In this document: positions 1 to 9,842 of the stretch, piece after piece
How the letters are laid out: each line of letters opens with the position of its first letter
Numbering within the stretch: the stretch's first letter is position 1
Assembly: GCA_965213815.1 (NCBI GenBank)
Contig: OZ243917.1
Span: 3,609,150 to 3,673,149, forward strand
Source of the DNA: Alphaproteobacteria bacterium
GTDB lineage: Bacteria; Pseudomonadota; Alphaproteobacteria; SP197
Direction of reading: 5' to 3'
Length of the DNA stretch: 64,000 bases
Notes under the pieces: model-generated
The model's database searches: none
What the model was told of the DNA's origin: nothing
Seen by the model: only the letters and a program-made list of their open reading frames with translations
Program-made: the position numbers and the translations under genes

Positions 1-834
1 AAAGAGGAGGCCGAAGGGCACTCCCTTGCGCAGCAGCCACCCCGTCGCCAGGCAGCTTGCCAGAACGCCCACCACGGACACCGCGTTGATCGCTGCGGCC
101 TCATCGGCGCCCACCTGGAAATGTCCGACCACGTAGTCGGGCAACCAGGTCATGAAGGCGATGTACTGGCCCGCCCAGGCGGCAAAGACGCCCGCCGCCA
201 GCCACAGGGAGAACCTCTGACGAAACTGGCCGGGCCGGGCGTCACGGACCTCGACGCGCAGTGCCCCTTCCACGGCGGCCCGACGCGCAAGGAGCCACAG
301 GGCGAGGACGAAGGAAAGAAAGAGTGACAACCACCACAGCGGTTGCCAACCCAGGGAATCGAAGAAGAGATAACCGGTTACAAGAGCCAGGATCTGGCCG
401 ACCGGCACCCAGACAGCAACAATCCCGGCGACCACGGAGAGGTCATCGGGCGCTGCCGAACGGTTGGCAATGGCGGCGCCGGCGATGGCGAACACGGTAT
501 AGGCAACCCCCTCGATCGTGCGTGCCACGAGATTGAGCCAGGCAACCTCCGGAAAGCAGAGAGTCACCGCGTTGCCAAGGAAGAAGCAGCCAAGCGATCC
601 TGCAAGCACGTGAGCCGGATACCGCCCGGTCAGGGTGCCGGCGGTCATCGAAAGGAAGATCCCGGCAAGGGCATAGACCGAAACGAGAGCGCCGGCGATC
701 ACCCGTCCGTAACCATAGGCCTCGATAAAGAGGGGCAGGGACGGCGGCAGTTTCAGCATCTGGAATGCCGCAAAGCTCGATATCGCCAGACCGAGCCAGA
801 TACCTCCCCAGTCACTCTTCCCGGGAGAACTCAT
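1..834 (-). CDS. MFS transporter (CynX/NimT-like), truncated by the window edge
   Basis: Not in the ORF track. The minus strand from ATG at 834 reads MSSPGKSDWGGIWLGLAISSFAAFQMLKLPPSLPLFIEAYGYGRVIAGALVSVYAL..., hydrophobic and MFS-like. ATGA overlap with the pyrE stop. Confidence 0.75.
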   Translation of the reverse strand, partial: MSSPGKSDWGGIWLGLAISSFAAFQMLKLPPSLPLFIEAYGYGRVIAGALVSVYALAGIFLSMTAGTLTGRYPAHVLAGSLGCFFLGNAVTLCFPEVAWLNLVARTIEGVAYTVFAIAGAAIANRSAAPDDLSVVAGIVAVWVPVGQILALVTGYLFFDSLGWQPLWWLSLFLSFVLALWLLARRAAVEGALRVEVRDARPGQFRQRFSLWLAAGVFAAWAGQYIAFMTWLPDYVVGHFQVGADEAAAINAVSVVGVLASCLATGWLLRKGVPFGLLF

Positions 835-1388
835 GGACGCCCGGCGCCTGTGATCCCGTCGAGCGTGAAGAGAGCCTCGAATGTAATCCCTGACCCGGCA
901 AACAGCGCCGCGCCACCCCTGAGACGGTCAACCACCGTGATCACACGCACCACCTTTGCTCCCGCCTCGTGAACCGCATCGACGGCGGCCATGGTCGATT
1001 GTCCCGTCGTCATCGTGTCCTCGAGGAGGGCCACCTTGTCCCCTTCCTCGAGCAGACCCTCGATACGACGTTGCGTGCCGCGGGTCTTTGCCTTGTCGCG
1101 CACGTAGAATCCCCTCAACGGAACGCTTCGCCGCTGGCTCTCGCAGACCACAGCCGTAACGACCGGTATGGCCGCGGTCGCCATGCCTCCCACGGAATCG
1201 ACACCCGACTCGACCAGGCGGTCGTGGATCATGTGCCCAATGGCGCTGGCGCCGAGCGGGTGCATGGTCACCCGGCGAAGGTCAATGTAGACGGCAGACC
1301 GTTCGCCGGACGCGAGTTCGAAGTCGCCACCATTCATTACGGCGAGTTCGCGGATCAGCCGCAGAACAGTCTCCCGGTTCCCGGACAT
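831..1388 (-). CDS. pyrE: orotate phosphoribosyltransferase
   Basis: FELASGERSAVYIDLR and PRPP-binding motif LLEDTMTTGQS; 185 aa. Confidence 0.93.
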   Translation of the reverse strand: MSGNRETVLRLIRELAVMNGGDFELASGERSAVYIDLRRVTMHPLGASAIGHMIHDRLVESGVDSVGGMATAAIPVVTAVVCESQRRSVPLRGFYVRDKAKTRGTQRRIEGLLEEGDKVALLEDTMTTGQSTMAAVDAVHEAGAKVVRVITVVDRLRGGAALFAGSGITFEALFTLDGITGAGRP

Positions 1389-1480
1389 GTCCCATTTCTC
1401 CCGGCGTGGTCAAGGCGACCGCGACCATATACCCTTGGCAGGGACCATGAAATGACCGTCCATACCAACGTGAGACAGCC

Positions 1481-2311
1481 ATGCCTTCGGCACCCGAGTT
1501 CCTGGTCAGGTTCCGTGGAGTGCGCGGCAGCATCGCCTGCAGCGATCCCGGGACCCGGCGCTACGGCGGCAACACCTCCTGCCTCGAGGTCCGCTGCGCC
1601 AGTCGGCTCCTCATCTTCGATGCCGGAACCGGACTTGGTTCGCTCTCCGATTCACTTGGGGGAGGGCCCGTCGATGCGGATCTTTTCCTCACTCACACCC
1701 ATCTCGACCATGTCTGTGGCATGGCCCTCTTCAATGCCCTCAATCACCCCGACTCACGCCTGACGGTGTGGGCCGGTCACATCGAGTCGCCCCGGGTTCT
1801 CGAGAACGTGGTACGCCACTTTCTGGAAGATCCGCAAACACCGGTCACCCGGGACTCCCTGCGTGCCACCATCACATGGAGGACCTTCCGCGCCGGTGAC
1901 TGCCTGGAACCCCACGCAGGAATGAGGATCGTGACCGCACCGCTCAACCATCCCAACGGCGCCTGCGGCTACCGCGTCGAGCATGACGGCAGGGCGCTGT
2001 GCTACGTCACCGACACCGAACATGTGGTGGGGACGCCGGACCGGAACATTCTCGACCTGATCGCCGGCAGCGACCTGATGATCTACGATTCGTCCTACAC
2101 CGACGAGGAGTTTCCGGCCTTTGTGAATTGGGGGCACTCGACGTGGCAGGAAGGCGTCCGACTCGCCGATGCCGCCTCGGTGAAGACCTTCGTTGCCTTC
2201 CACCACGACCCCTCGCACGACGATGACCGCATGGATGCGATTGCTGCGGAGATCGAGCAGCAACGCCCAGGATCCGTCGTTGCGCGCGAAGGTCTGGTGC
2301 TCATCCCTTGA
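1481..2311 (+). CDS. MBL-fold metallo-hydrolase (RNase Z/cyclic-nucleotide phosphodiesterase-like)
   Basis: GVRGSIAC, YGGNTSC, DAGTG, THTHLDH, WGHS and FHHDP motifs. Confidence 0.85.
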   Translation: MPSAPEFLVRFRGVRGSIACSDPGTRRYGGNTSCLEVRCASRLLIFDAGTGLGSLSDSLGGGPVDADLFLTHTHLDHVCGMALFNALNHPDSRLTVWAGHIESPRVLENVVRHFLEDPQTPVTRDSLRATITWRTFRAGDCLEPHAGMRIVTAPLNHPNGACGYRVEHDGRALCYVTDTEHVVGTPDRNILDLIAGSDLMIYDSSYTDEEFPAFVNWGHSTWQEGVRLADAASVKTFVAFHHDPSHDDDRMDAIAAEIEQQRPGSVVAREGLVLIP

Positions 2312-3144
2312 CCGGCCTTGCCCGGCGCCTGGGAATGGCGTTTGCGACGGTGACGGGACTGGACCGTCGGGGCTACTTTATTCCATGCCGCCATGCCGGA
2401 GCCTTTCCCGCCACCTCCGGCTATCAGGTGGTGGATCGGCTGTTTGCCTCACATCTCGATTCCTTTTGCGACATCATCACCCGTCTCGAAGAGTTCCGTG
2501 ACGACCTCATGGCAATCGGACAGGACGATCCCGCTCCCGGGCCGCGCTGGAACCAGGACTGGTTTCCGCGGCTGGACGCCGCCGTTCTCTATGCCATGGT
2601 GCGCATGTGGCGGCCCTCGCGCATCGTCGAAGTCGGTTCCGGACACAGCACCCGTTTCATGGCCCGCGCCATGGCCGACGGCACCACGGACACCCGTCTT
2701 GTCGCCATCGACCCCGAACCGCGTGCCCGCCTTCCCGCCCACGGCATCACGTGGATGAAGACCATGCTTCACGCTGCCGATCCTGCTGTCGTGAACGATC
2801 TTGGAAAGGGCGATATGCTGTTCATCGACTCGAGCCATGTTGCCATGCCGGGAAGCGACGTGGACGAACTCTTCAACCGGATCGTGCCCGAACTCCCGGT
2901 TGGGGTCATCGTCCATGTCCACGACATCTTCCTCCCCTTCGACTATCCACGCGCCTGGGACTGGCGCGGTTACAATGAGCAGCTGGTGGTGGCGCCGATG
3001 CTGACCGGAGGTTCGTGGACACCGCTCTTTGCCAGCCACTACATGGCCCGTCGGCATCCCGACCGTCTCAATTCGGGGATCCTCGCAGAGATCCCGCTTC
3101 CCCCGGGCGCCTTCGAAACCAGCCTGTGGATGATCCGGTCGTGA
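2308..3144 (+). CDS. class I SAM-dependent methyltransferase (Methyltransf_24-like)
   Basis: IVEVGSGHST, LFIDSSH, HVHDIFLP; TTG start overlapping the upstream stop. Confidence 0.8.
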   Translation: MTGLARRLGMAFATVTGLDRRGYFIPCRHAGAFPATSGYQVVDRLFASHLDSFCDIITRLEEFRDDLMAIGQDDPAPGPRWNQDWFPRLDAAVLYAMVRMWRPSRIVEVGSGHSTRFMARAMADGTTDTRLVAIDPEPRARLPAHGITWMKTMLHAADPAVVNDLGKGDMLFIDSSHVAMPGSDVDELFNRIVPELPVGVIVHVHDIFLPFDYPRAWDWRGYNEQLVVAPMLTGGSWTPLFASHYMARRHPDRLNSGILAEIPLPPGAFETSLWMIRS

Positions 3145-4496
3145 GGGCCACTGCCACCAGACTCCGGATCCTGCTCTTCGGCGAACCGGTGGACGGTCAC
3201 CTGCCCGAGCGTGTCAGGAACCAGATCGCCCGCGACCAGGCCGACAGCGAGGTGCTGATCGGCTGGGTCCAGATGATCGGCATCATCCTGTTCGCCGTGC
3301 TCTACACGCTCTCGCCCAAGACATTCCCCGACGACACCATGCTCGAGCCGGTGCCCTGGGCGCTTGGCACCTATTTCATTTTCACGGTGATACGCCTTGT
3401 CCTCGCACATGCCAGGCGCCTGCCCCACTGGATGATCGTCGCCTCGATCGTGGTCGATATCACCGTGCTGCTGGTGACGATCTGGAGTTTCCACCTGCAG
3501 TACGCCCAGCCCCCGGGCTTCTCGCTCCAGGTGCCGACCATGCTCTATCTCTTCGTTCTGATCGCGTTGCGCACCCTGCGCTTCGATCCGAGATACGTCC
3601 TGATGGCGGGCGGTACGGCGATTGCCGGGTGGCTGGCCCTGCTCGTCTATGCGCTCTACGTGGCGCCGGCTCCCAGCGAGATCACGCGCGACTACGTCCA
3701 CTACCTCTACACCAGCGATATCCTGATCGGCGGGGAGGTCGACAAGATCCTGACCTTCCTCCTCGTCACCGGCATTCTCGTCATCGCACTGACCCGGGCG
3801 CACAAGCAGCTCATTCGTTCGGTGGCGGTCAGTGAGGCGGCGAAGGATCTCACCCGCTTCTTCGCTCCGGAAGTCGCTGACCGGATCACCCATTCCGAGG
3901 ATGTGATGGCCGCCGGCGAGGGTGTGCTGCGGGATGCTGCGATCCTGTTCGTGGACTTGAGGGGATTCACCGCGTTGTCCGGACGGGTCGGCCCGGGCCA
4001 GACACTTGCCATGCTGTCGCGCTACCAGCATCTCGTCGTGTCGACGGCCCAGAACCATGGCGGCACCATCGACAAGTTCATGGGCGACGGAGTGATGATC
4101 ACCTTCGGCGCCACAGCGCCAAGCAAGAGCTTCGCAGCCGATGCCGTCGTCGCGGCTCTCGACATCGATCGCCAGATGAACGCCTGGAACCAGCGCCGGC
4201 AATCGCGCGGTCAGCGCCTGCTTGCGTGGGGCATGGGCCTGGCCACGGGCACCGTCATCTTTGGCACCGTCGGTGACGAAACCCGTCTTGAGTACACGGT
4301 GATCGGCGAAGCGGTCAATCTCGCCGCCAAACTCGAAAAACACTGCAAGACACAGGGCTCATCCCTCGTTGTGACCAGCGCCGCCCTCGATCTGGCGCGG
4401 CAACAGGGGTGGGCCGGAAATTCACTGGAGATGATCACGGCGTGCGATGTCGAAGGGGTGGCTGCACCAATGGATATCGCCGCCCTCAACACGTGA
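3141..4496 (+). CDS. membrane-bound class III adenylate/guanylate cyclase
   Basis: About 6 N-terminal TM helices; ILFVDLRGFT, IDKFMGDG, YTVIGEAVNLAAKLE. Start re-set to GTG 3141, overlapping the previous stop. Confidence 0.88.
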   Translation: MRATATRLRILLFGEPVDGHLPERVRNQIARDQADSEVLIGWVQMIGIILFAVLYTLSPKTFPDDTMLEPVPWALGTYFIFTVIRLVLAHARRLPHWMIVASIVVDITVLLVTIWSFHLQYAQPPGFSLQVPTMLYLFVLIALRTLRFDPRYVLMAGGTAIAGWLALLVYALYVAPAPSEITRDYVHYLYTSDILIGGEVDKILTFLLVTGILVIALTRAHKQLIRSVAVSEAAKDLTRFFAPEVADRITHSEDVMAAGEGVLRDAAILFVDLRGFTALSGRVGPGQTLAMLSRYQHLVVSTAQNHGGTIDKFMGDGVMITFGATAPSKSFAADAVVAALDIDRQMNAWNQRRQSRGQRLLAWGMGLATGTVIFGTVGDETRLEYTVIGEAVNLAAKLEKHCKTQGSSLVVTSAALDLARQQGWAGNSLEMITACDVEGVAAPMDIAALNT

Positions 4497-4510
4497 AGGG
4501 GATACAGCTC

Positions 4511-5332
4511 ATGAAGGACAAGGTGGCGCTGATCACCGGAGGCAATTCGGGAATCGGCAGGGGAATCGCGAAGAGATTCGCCGCCGAGGGAGCACGGGTT
4601 GCCATAGTCGGACGCAACCGGGAAAGGGGAAGGCGCGTGCTGGGCGAGCTCGAGGCGGCAGGTGCCGAAGCCGGTTTCTGGTCGTGCGAACTTTCCTCGG
4701 AGGACGCCACCGCCGCCATGGTCGCGGAGGTGGTGGACCGGTTCGACGGCATCGATGTTGTCGTCAACAACGCCGGAGTCGGCGGCCGCCGCGCCGGGGT
4801 CGGGGACGATGATCCTCCCGGAGTGCGCTGGCAGAAACTGCGTGGCCCCAACCTCGATGCCCCCTGGTTCGTCAGTTCGCATGCTCTGCCGCATCTCGCC
4901 CGCCGGCGCGGCAGTATCGTGTGCATCAGCTCGACGGCGACCTGGCATGGAAACTGGGGGACGTACGGGATTGCGAAGGCGGGCGTGGAAGCGCTGGTGC
5001 GGAGCTTCGCGGCGGAAGGAGCCCGCCTCGGCGTGCGCTGCAATGGTGTCTCGCCAGGCTGGATCACCACCGAGCGCGACACCGAGGAACCGCCTTCGGG
5101 CGGGGACGGGTGGTTTCTCCCGCCGTCGGCCCTGGGGCGCATGGGCACCCCGGCCGAGATCGCCGCGGCAGTCCTTTTCCTTGCCAGTGACGAAGCGAGT
5201 TTTGTGACCGGACAGACGCTCATCGTCGACGGCGGCCTGATGATCCTCGACTATCCTTCCATGACGATGCTGGAGAAGGCCGGCGCCGGCATGATGTCGG
5301 GTACGGGCACCGGTGAACCGGTGGGCGCCTGA
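4511..5332 (+). CDS. SDR family oxidoreductase
   Basis: ITGGNSGIG, NNAG, YGIAK; ATG at 4511. Confidence 0.9.
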   Translation: MKDKVALITGGNSGIGRGIAKRFAAEGARVAIVGRNRERGRRVLGELEAAGAEAGFWSCELSSEDATAAMVAEVVDRFDGIDVVVNNAGVGGRRAGVGDDDPPGVRWQKLRGPNLDAPWFVSSHALPHLARRRGSIVCISSTATWHGNWGTYGIAKAGVEALVRSFAAEGARLGVRCNGVSPGWITTERDTEEPPSGGDGWFLPPSALGRMGTPAEIAAAVLFLASDEASFVTGQTLIVDGGLMILDYPSMTMLEKAGAGMMSGTGTGEPVGA

Positions 5333-5665
5333 ATGTTCTTCACCGGCGAGGTCATATCCGTTGCCGGCATGGAGGGCGACCGGCTGCAACTCTTTCTGAT
5401 GTCCCTTGGTGTGGCGGCGGTCAGCATCTGGATGCTGTTTCTCAGTCCCCGGGTGCCGGTGCCAAGGGGAGCGCCTGGCGTTGTTCGCTTTCTGCTGGAG
5501 TTCACCAATGACTGGCTGCTCATCTGGGCCACCCCGGCAGGATGCTTCTTCCTCCCCATCAGTTCCGTGCTGGCGCTGGCCTGCCTCGAGGGCGGCCTGG
5601 CCTTCTGGCACTGGCCCATTGCGGTCGCCATGTTCGCCGCTCTCCTTGTCTGGCGCCTGCGCTGA
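5333..5665 (+). CDS. small hypothetical membrane protein
   Basis: Three hydrophobic segments; sits within the operon spacing. Confidence 0.55.
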   Translation: MFFTGEVISVAGMEGDRLQLFLMSLGVAAVSIWMLFLSPRVPVPRGAPGVVRFLLEFTNDWLLIWATPAGCFFLPISSVLALACLEGGLAFWHWPIAVAMFAALLVWRLR

Positions 5666-5707
5666 CGGGCCTCGGGAGGCTCGCCTACACGTCACCATGA
5701 CGGCACA

Positions 5708-6679
5708 ATGAAAGTGGCAACCGGGCAGATCAAGGGGGAGGCATCCCTGAACGAGGACTTTGCCATACCGGGCAAGGCGCGGGTCGACTCCGACCTGTTG
5801 CGCAGCCTCATGAGAAAGTCCGACAGGGCGGGCGGTCTCCAGTTGGCAAGCCACCTCGCTGCGATCGCCTGTTCCGGAAGCGGACTGTGGCTGACCTGGG
5901 GAAGCTGGTGGGGCGTGCCCTTGTTCGCCGCCCACGGCCTGCTGGTCAACTGGCTCTATGCGGCACAGCACGAGTCGAGTCATGACACGGTCTTTCGCCG
6001 TCGGTGGATGAACGAGTGGCTCGGCCGTGTGACGGGATTCATCCTGATCTATCCGCGCGATCACGATCGCTGGCAACATCTGTGCCACCATCGGCACACC
6101 CAGGATCCCGAGCGCGACCCGGAACTCGTCTTCCAGAGCAGCGGACGCTTCTCCGGCTGGCTCAGTCTCAGCGGACTCTCGTTCTGGCCCGGCCTCGTCA
6201 CCAATCTTGTCGGCCATGCCGTGACGGGGCGCAGGCAGCCGCGATACGAGTACTATCTCGATGCAAGGATGGAGCGCCGCGTCGTCGCCGAGGCCCGATG
6301 GCATCTCGCCGGCTACGCCCTCATCGCCGCGCTGTCCGTCTGGTCCGGTTCATGGGCAGCGATCATGATGTGGCTGGCTCCGATGATGGCCATGTCCTGG
6401 GCGCACCAGATCCAGAACATCATCGAGCACACCGGCATGCCGTTCACCAGCGATATCTGGACCAACACGCGCACGGTGCGCACGAACCCGTTCATGCGCT
6501 GGCTGGCATGGCAGATGGTCTATCATACAGCCCACCACACGTATCCGGGTGTCCCGTTTCACCGGTTGGCCGCACTTCACCAGGCGATCATCGAGGCACG
6601 GGGCGAGGAACCGGTGACATCGACCTATGGCGGGCAATTCGCAAGAACTCTCGGCGAACCGTTCCGGCGCCCCGGCTGA
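5708..6679 (+). CDS. fatty-acid-desaturase-family di-iron membrane oxidase (MocD-like)
   Basis: His boxes QHESSH, HLCHHRH, YHTAHH; TM segments. Confidence 0.85.
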   Translation: MKVATGQIKGEASLNEDFAIPGKARVDSDLLRSLMRKSDRAGGLQLASHLAAIACSGSGLWLTWGSWWGVPLFAAHGLLVNWLYAAQHESSHDTVFRRRWMNEWLGRVTGFILIYPRDHDRWQHLCHHRHTQDPERDPELVFQSSGRFSGWLSLSGLSFWPGLVTNLVGHAVTGRRQPRYEYYLDARMERRVVAEARWHLAGYALIAALSVWSGSWAAIMMWLAPMMAMSWAHQIQNIIEHTGMPFTSDIWTNTRTVRTNPFMRWLAWQMVYHTAHHTYPGVPFHRLAALHQAIIEARGEEPVTSTYGGQFARTLGEPFRRPG

Positions 6680-7224
6680 TGGTCCCTGTGAGCCCGGGAA
6701 CACTCTTCCTCGTTGTCGGCCCGAGCGGAGCGGGCAAGGATACGCTTATCAATGGCGCCCGGCGCTGCCTGGAAGGCGATGCACGATTCGTCTTTGCCCG
6801 ACGCGCCGTCACCCGCCCGAACCATGCCCCGGGTGAAGTCACGATGACTCCCGACCACTTCGAGGCAGCGCGGCGACGCGGCACCTTTGCCCTCTCATGG
6901 TATGCCCATGGCCTCGCCTATGGCGTCCCCCGGGACATTTCGAAGGCGCTGGCAGATGGCCGCCATGTCATCGCCAGCGTTTCGCGCAGTGTCATCGCCG
7001 AGGCGCGCAGGGCCTTCCCCCAGGTCCGTGTCATCCATGTCGACGCCCCGTCCACACTGCTGAAGCAACGGCTCGCCGGCAGGCGCAGGGAACCAGCCGA
7101 CGAACAGGAAGAACGCCTCCACCGCAAGGTCCCCGTCGAGGGGGACGATATCGAATCCCTGGTCAACGACGGGCTCCCCGATCACTCCATCGCCGCCATG
7201 GTGCAGATCCTGCGCCGCGGCTGA
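6679..7224 (+). CDS. phnN: ribose 1,5-bisphosphate phosphokinase
   Basis: LVVGPSGAGKDTL, RRAVTR, WYAHGLAYG, SVSRSVI; TGATG coupling to the desaturase. Confidence 0.85.
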   Translation: MVPVSPGTLFLVVGPSGAGKDTLINGARRCLEGDARFVFARRAVTRPNHAPGEVTMTPDHFEAARRRGTFALSWYAHGLAYGVPRDISKALADGRHVIASVSRSVIAEARRAFPQVRVIHVDAPSTLLKQRLAGRRREPADEQEERLHRKVPVEGDDIESLVNDGLPDHSIAAMVQILRRG

Positions 7225-7492
7225 CATCCGCAGATCGACATCGACGCGCGGCATTCTCCTTCGGATGACCGGCTCATCCACCTCTTGTTTCAACCAACGT
7301 GCGCTCAGCATTATCAGCCTGCGCGCTCGGTACGGAACGAAACGCAGGCACTCAGAGAACTCGCGAATGTCCTGAACGCCCTCTTCGTGCCGAAGCCGGC
7401 TACCTTGAAAGACACCCTATCGTCACCGTTTCCAGACGTTGACTCCGTTCCTTCGTCCGACGATCTTGCGTGCGGCTTACTGGATGGCGGGA

Positions 7493-7939
7493 ATGCGAAT
7501 TTCGGTCACAATTTCATTGCTCGGGCTTCTGGCGCTCGCGGGATGCGCGGAGACAAGCGTCATGCCCCTTTCGGCGAACCGGGTGCAGATACTGGTCAAT
7601 GCGGACGGGGATTGTGGGCCAACTGGAGCGCAAGATGTCGCTTTCCAACGTGCAGCAGCGGTCACCATTCAACGCGGATTCGATAAGTTTATTATCGAGT
7701 CCAGCGACAGAGAGAGCCAACAGGCGAGTTCTTTCTTTGGATCAACGACCACAACTACCGGAACCCATGGGAACAGTTTCGGCAGTGCGTTCTTCTGGAG
7801 CGAACACCAGAGCATCGTCGTGCTCAAGATGTTCAAATCGTCAGAACCGGAGGCAAGTGACGCAATCGATGCGCGCGACGCCCTGGGGCCGGATTGGCAG
7901 GTTATCGCAGCGAAGGAAGGTTCTTTCTTCAGTTGTTGA
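7493..7939 (+). CDS. hypothetical lipoprotein
   Basis: Signal peptide with lipobox LAGC; visibly more AT-rich than the flanks. Confidence 0.65.
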   Translation: MRISVTISLLGLLALAGCAETSVMPLSANRVQILVNADGDCGPTGAQDVAFQRAAAVTIQRGFDKFIIESSDRESQQASSFFGSTTTTTGTHGNSFGSAFFWSEHQSIVVLKMFKSSEPEASDAIDARDALGPDWQVIAAKEGSFFSC

Positions 7940-8259
7940 ACGGCGTGTCGTGAGCCATGCAACTCCCTCATGACTCGACATCAAGACTGGGCTGCTCCAA
8001 GTGAGCCTTGGCCGTCTCCAGCAACGAGTGTCGGGGACGGGCTCGGCAGTGGGTCAGACGCGGATTGCGACAGACCACTGGGCGTTCCCTGGGCGATCGG
8101 GGCGGAAGAACACGAAGAGATTGAGGGTATCGTGGCCCACAAGGGCGCAGCTCGGCGGAGACTGAGCCAGTCTCCGCGGCATTGCCCCGAGTGACGCCCC
8201 TGATAGTATCGAGAAAGCGGCCAGGGGGAGGTGGGGCCATCGAGACATCAAGCCTGCTC

Positions 8260-8680
8260 CGGTCGGTGGGCAGCCCGGCGGTTGGGTCTCCGCTGAAACG
8301 GGGGTGTTCCTTCGTGCCATCGGCGTGGAGACTCCGCCGATCGGGGTCCTGCCTGCTGTCAGTTCCGCCGATCATGGCGAGTTCCTGGATGCTTCGGTGA
8401 CCCACCTCTGCAGCAACAACCTGTTTCCAGGGCCGGGGGTACGTTCTTCTTCAGCCGGGAACGGCCGATCCTCGCCCACGTCGAGGACCATTCGCCGGAG
8501 TTTCACGAAATGCTATGAGGGTCATGCGACTGGACTTGGTGCGAAGGCCGCGGCATGCGGCGGCGCAACAACGGCTTCGAAGCGGTGCGTGGCAGGTGTC
8601 GCCCTCGGGTTCCAGCCCGGTCCGGTCAACATCTTCCAGAACACATCACCTGGAGCGGACGACCTGTTCCCCGGATTGCT
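8260..8680 (+). pseudogene. eroded urea-carboxylase-associated (DUF1989) gene
   Basis: Read across frameshifts: LKRG/FLRAIGVETPPIG..SADHGEFLDASVTH..NLFPGPG/TFFFSRERPILAHVEDHSPEFHEML*GSCD...PGPVNIFQN. Confidence 0.55.
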
Positions 8681-8804
8681 TTCTCACAGACAGTTCCACG
8701 CCGATACGCACGGAACTCCATGCATCAGCGACACCTCGCGTCGGATCGCATCTTCGTTAAGATCGGCAAAGACCTTGGCGATGAGGCGCTGAAGGAAGGA
8801 CGCC

Positions 8805-9842
8805 GTGCACGCGCTCGACCGAATCACCATCGAAGGCTTCAAGAGCATCAAGCACCTCTGCCTGCCCCTCGGCCGGATCAACGTGCTGATCGGGCCCAAC
8901 GGTTCGGGCAAGTCGAATGTCTTCAGCGCCATGGAGATGTTGCGCGCCACCCTCCGTGGCGACAGTGAGCTGGACGTTCATGTCGCACGCCTGGGCGGAG
9001 CGGACAGGATCCTGCACTTTGGAGCCAGAAAGACGGAAAGACTTAACTTCGAGATGGAGTTTCATGCAGGCCCCGGAGTGTACAGGCAGGAACTCATCGC
9101 AAGCCCGGACGACCGGCTTCTTGCAGTCGGGCACCCTGTAGATGGAGGGGGAGAGCGAAAGTTCCGCCAATCTCAACAACAGGTTATTTGTCAGTTCCGG
9201 TGCTACCATTTTCAGGATACGGGTCAGTTGTCTCCGATGAAGAAGACGGCTGATCTGAACGACAACAGGTACTTGAGGACGGACGGATCGAACCTCGCCG
9301 CATTTCTGTATCTCCTACGCCAGATGCACCCGGACGCGTACGGCATGATCAGGCGCACGGTGCGTCTCGTCGCGCCGTTCTTCGACGACTTTCAACTGGA
9401 GCCTCTGGCGCTGAATCCGGACACCATCCGTCTTGAATGGCGGCATCGGAATTCGGATGCCTACTTCGACGAGTCGTCCTTCTCTGACGGGACCTTGAGG
9501 TTCATCGCCCTGACAACGTTGCTGCTCCAGCCCGTGGCGCTCCGCCCGTCCGTCATCCTCTTGGACGAACCGGAGCTCGGCCTGCACCCTTGTGCAGTTA
9601 CGCTCCTGGCATCGCTCGTCAAGCAGGCGGCCGTGACGACTCAGGTCATTCTCGCCACACAGTCGTCCCTGTTGCTCGATCACTTCGACCCGGAAGACGT
9701 GCTCGTGGCTGATCGGGTGGGCGGGGCGACCGAGTTGACAAGGCTGGACCCGGAGAGGCTGAAGAAGTGGCTGGACGAGTACAGCCTTGGACAGCTTTGG
9801 GAGAAAAACGAACTCGGCGGCCGTCCCGCCCCCGAGGCATGA
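8805..9842 (+). CDS. ABC-type AAA ATPase (AAA_21-like)
   Basis: IEGFKSI, Walker A GPNGSGKS, signature FSDGTLRF, Walker B ILLDEPELGLHP, ATQS. Confidence 0.88.
   Translation: MHALDRITIEGFKSIKHLCLPLGRINVLIGPNGSGKSNVFSAMEMLRATLRGDSELDVHVARLGGADRILHFGARKTERLNFEMEFHAGPGVYRQELIASPDDRLLAVGHPVDGGGERKFRQSQQQVICQFRCYHFQDTGQLSPMKKTADLNDNRYLRTDGSNLAAFLYLLRQMHPDAYGMIRRTVRLVAPFFDDFQLEPLALNPDTIRLEWRHRNSDAYFDESSFSDGTLRFIALTTLLLQPVALRPSVILLDEPELGLHPCAVTLLASLVKQAAVTTQVILATQSSLLLDHFDPEDVLVADRVGGATELTRLDPERLKKWLDEYSLGQLWEKNELGGRPAPEA

Noticed and set aside
4211-6304. 697-aa minus-strand ORF, and similar long ORFs at 15120-17054, 35654-37456, 39317-41293, 49101-50873, 53383-55269, 58579-60150 and 61932-63461
   Set aside because: These are antisense or off-frame shadows of well-supported genes in high-GC DNA. 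They are Arg/Gly/Pro/His-rich and show no family motifs.
6004-7224. 406-aa ORF suggesting an N-terminally extended PhnN
   Set aside because: The extension overlaps the desaturase in another frame, and the ATG at 6679 gives a normal-length PhnN.
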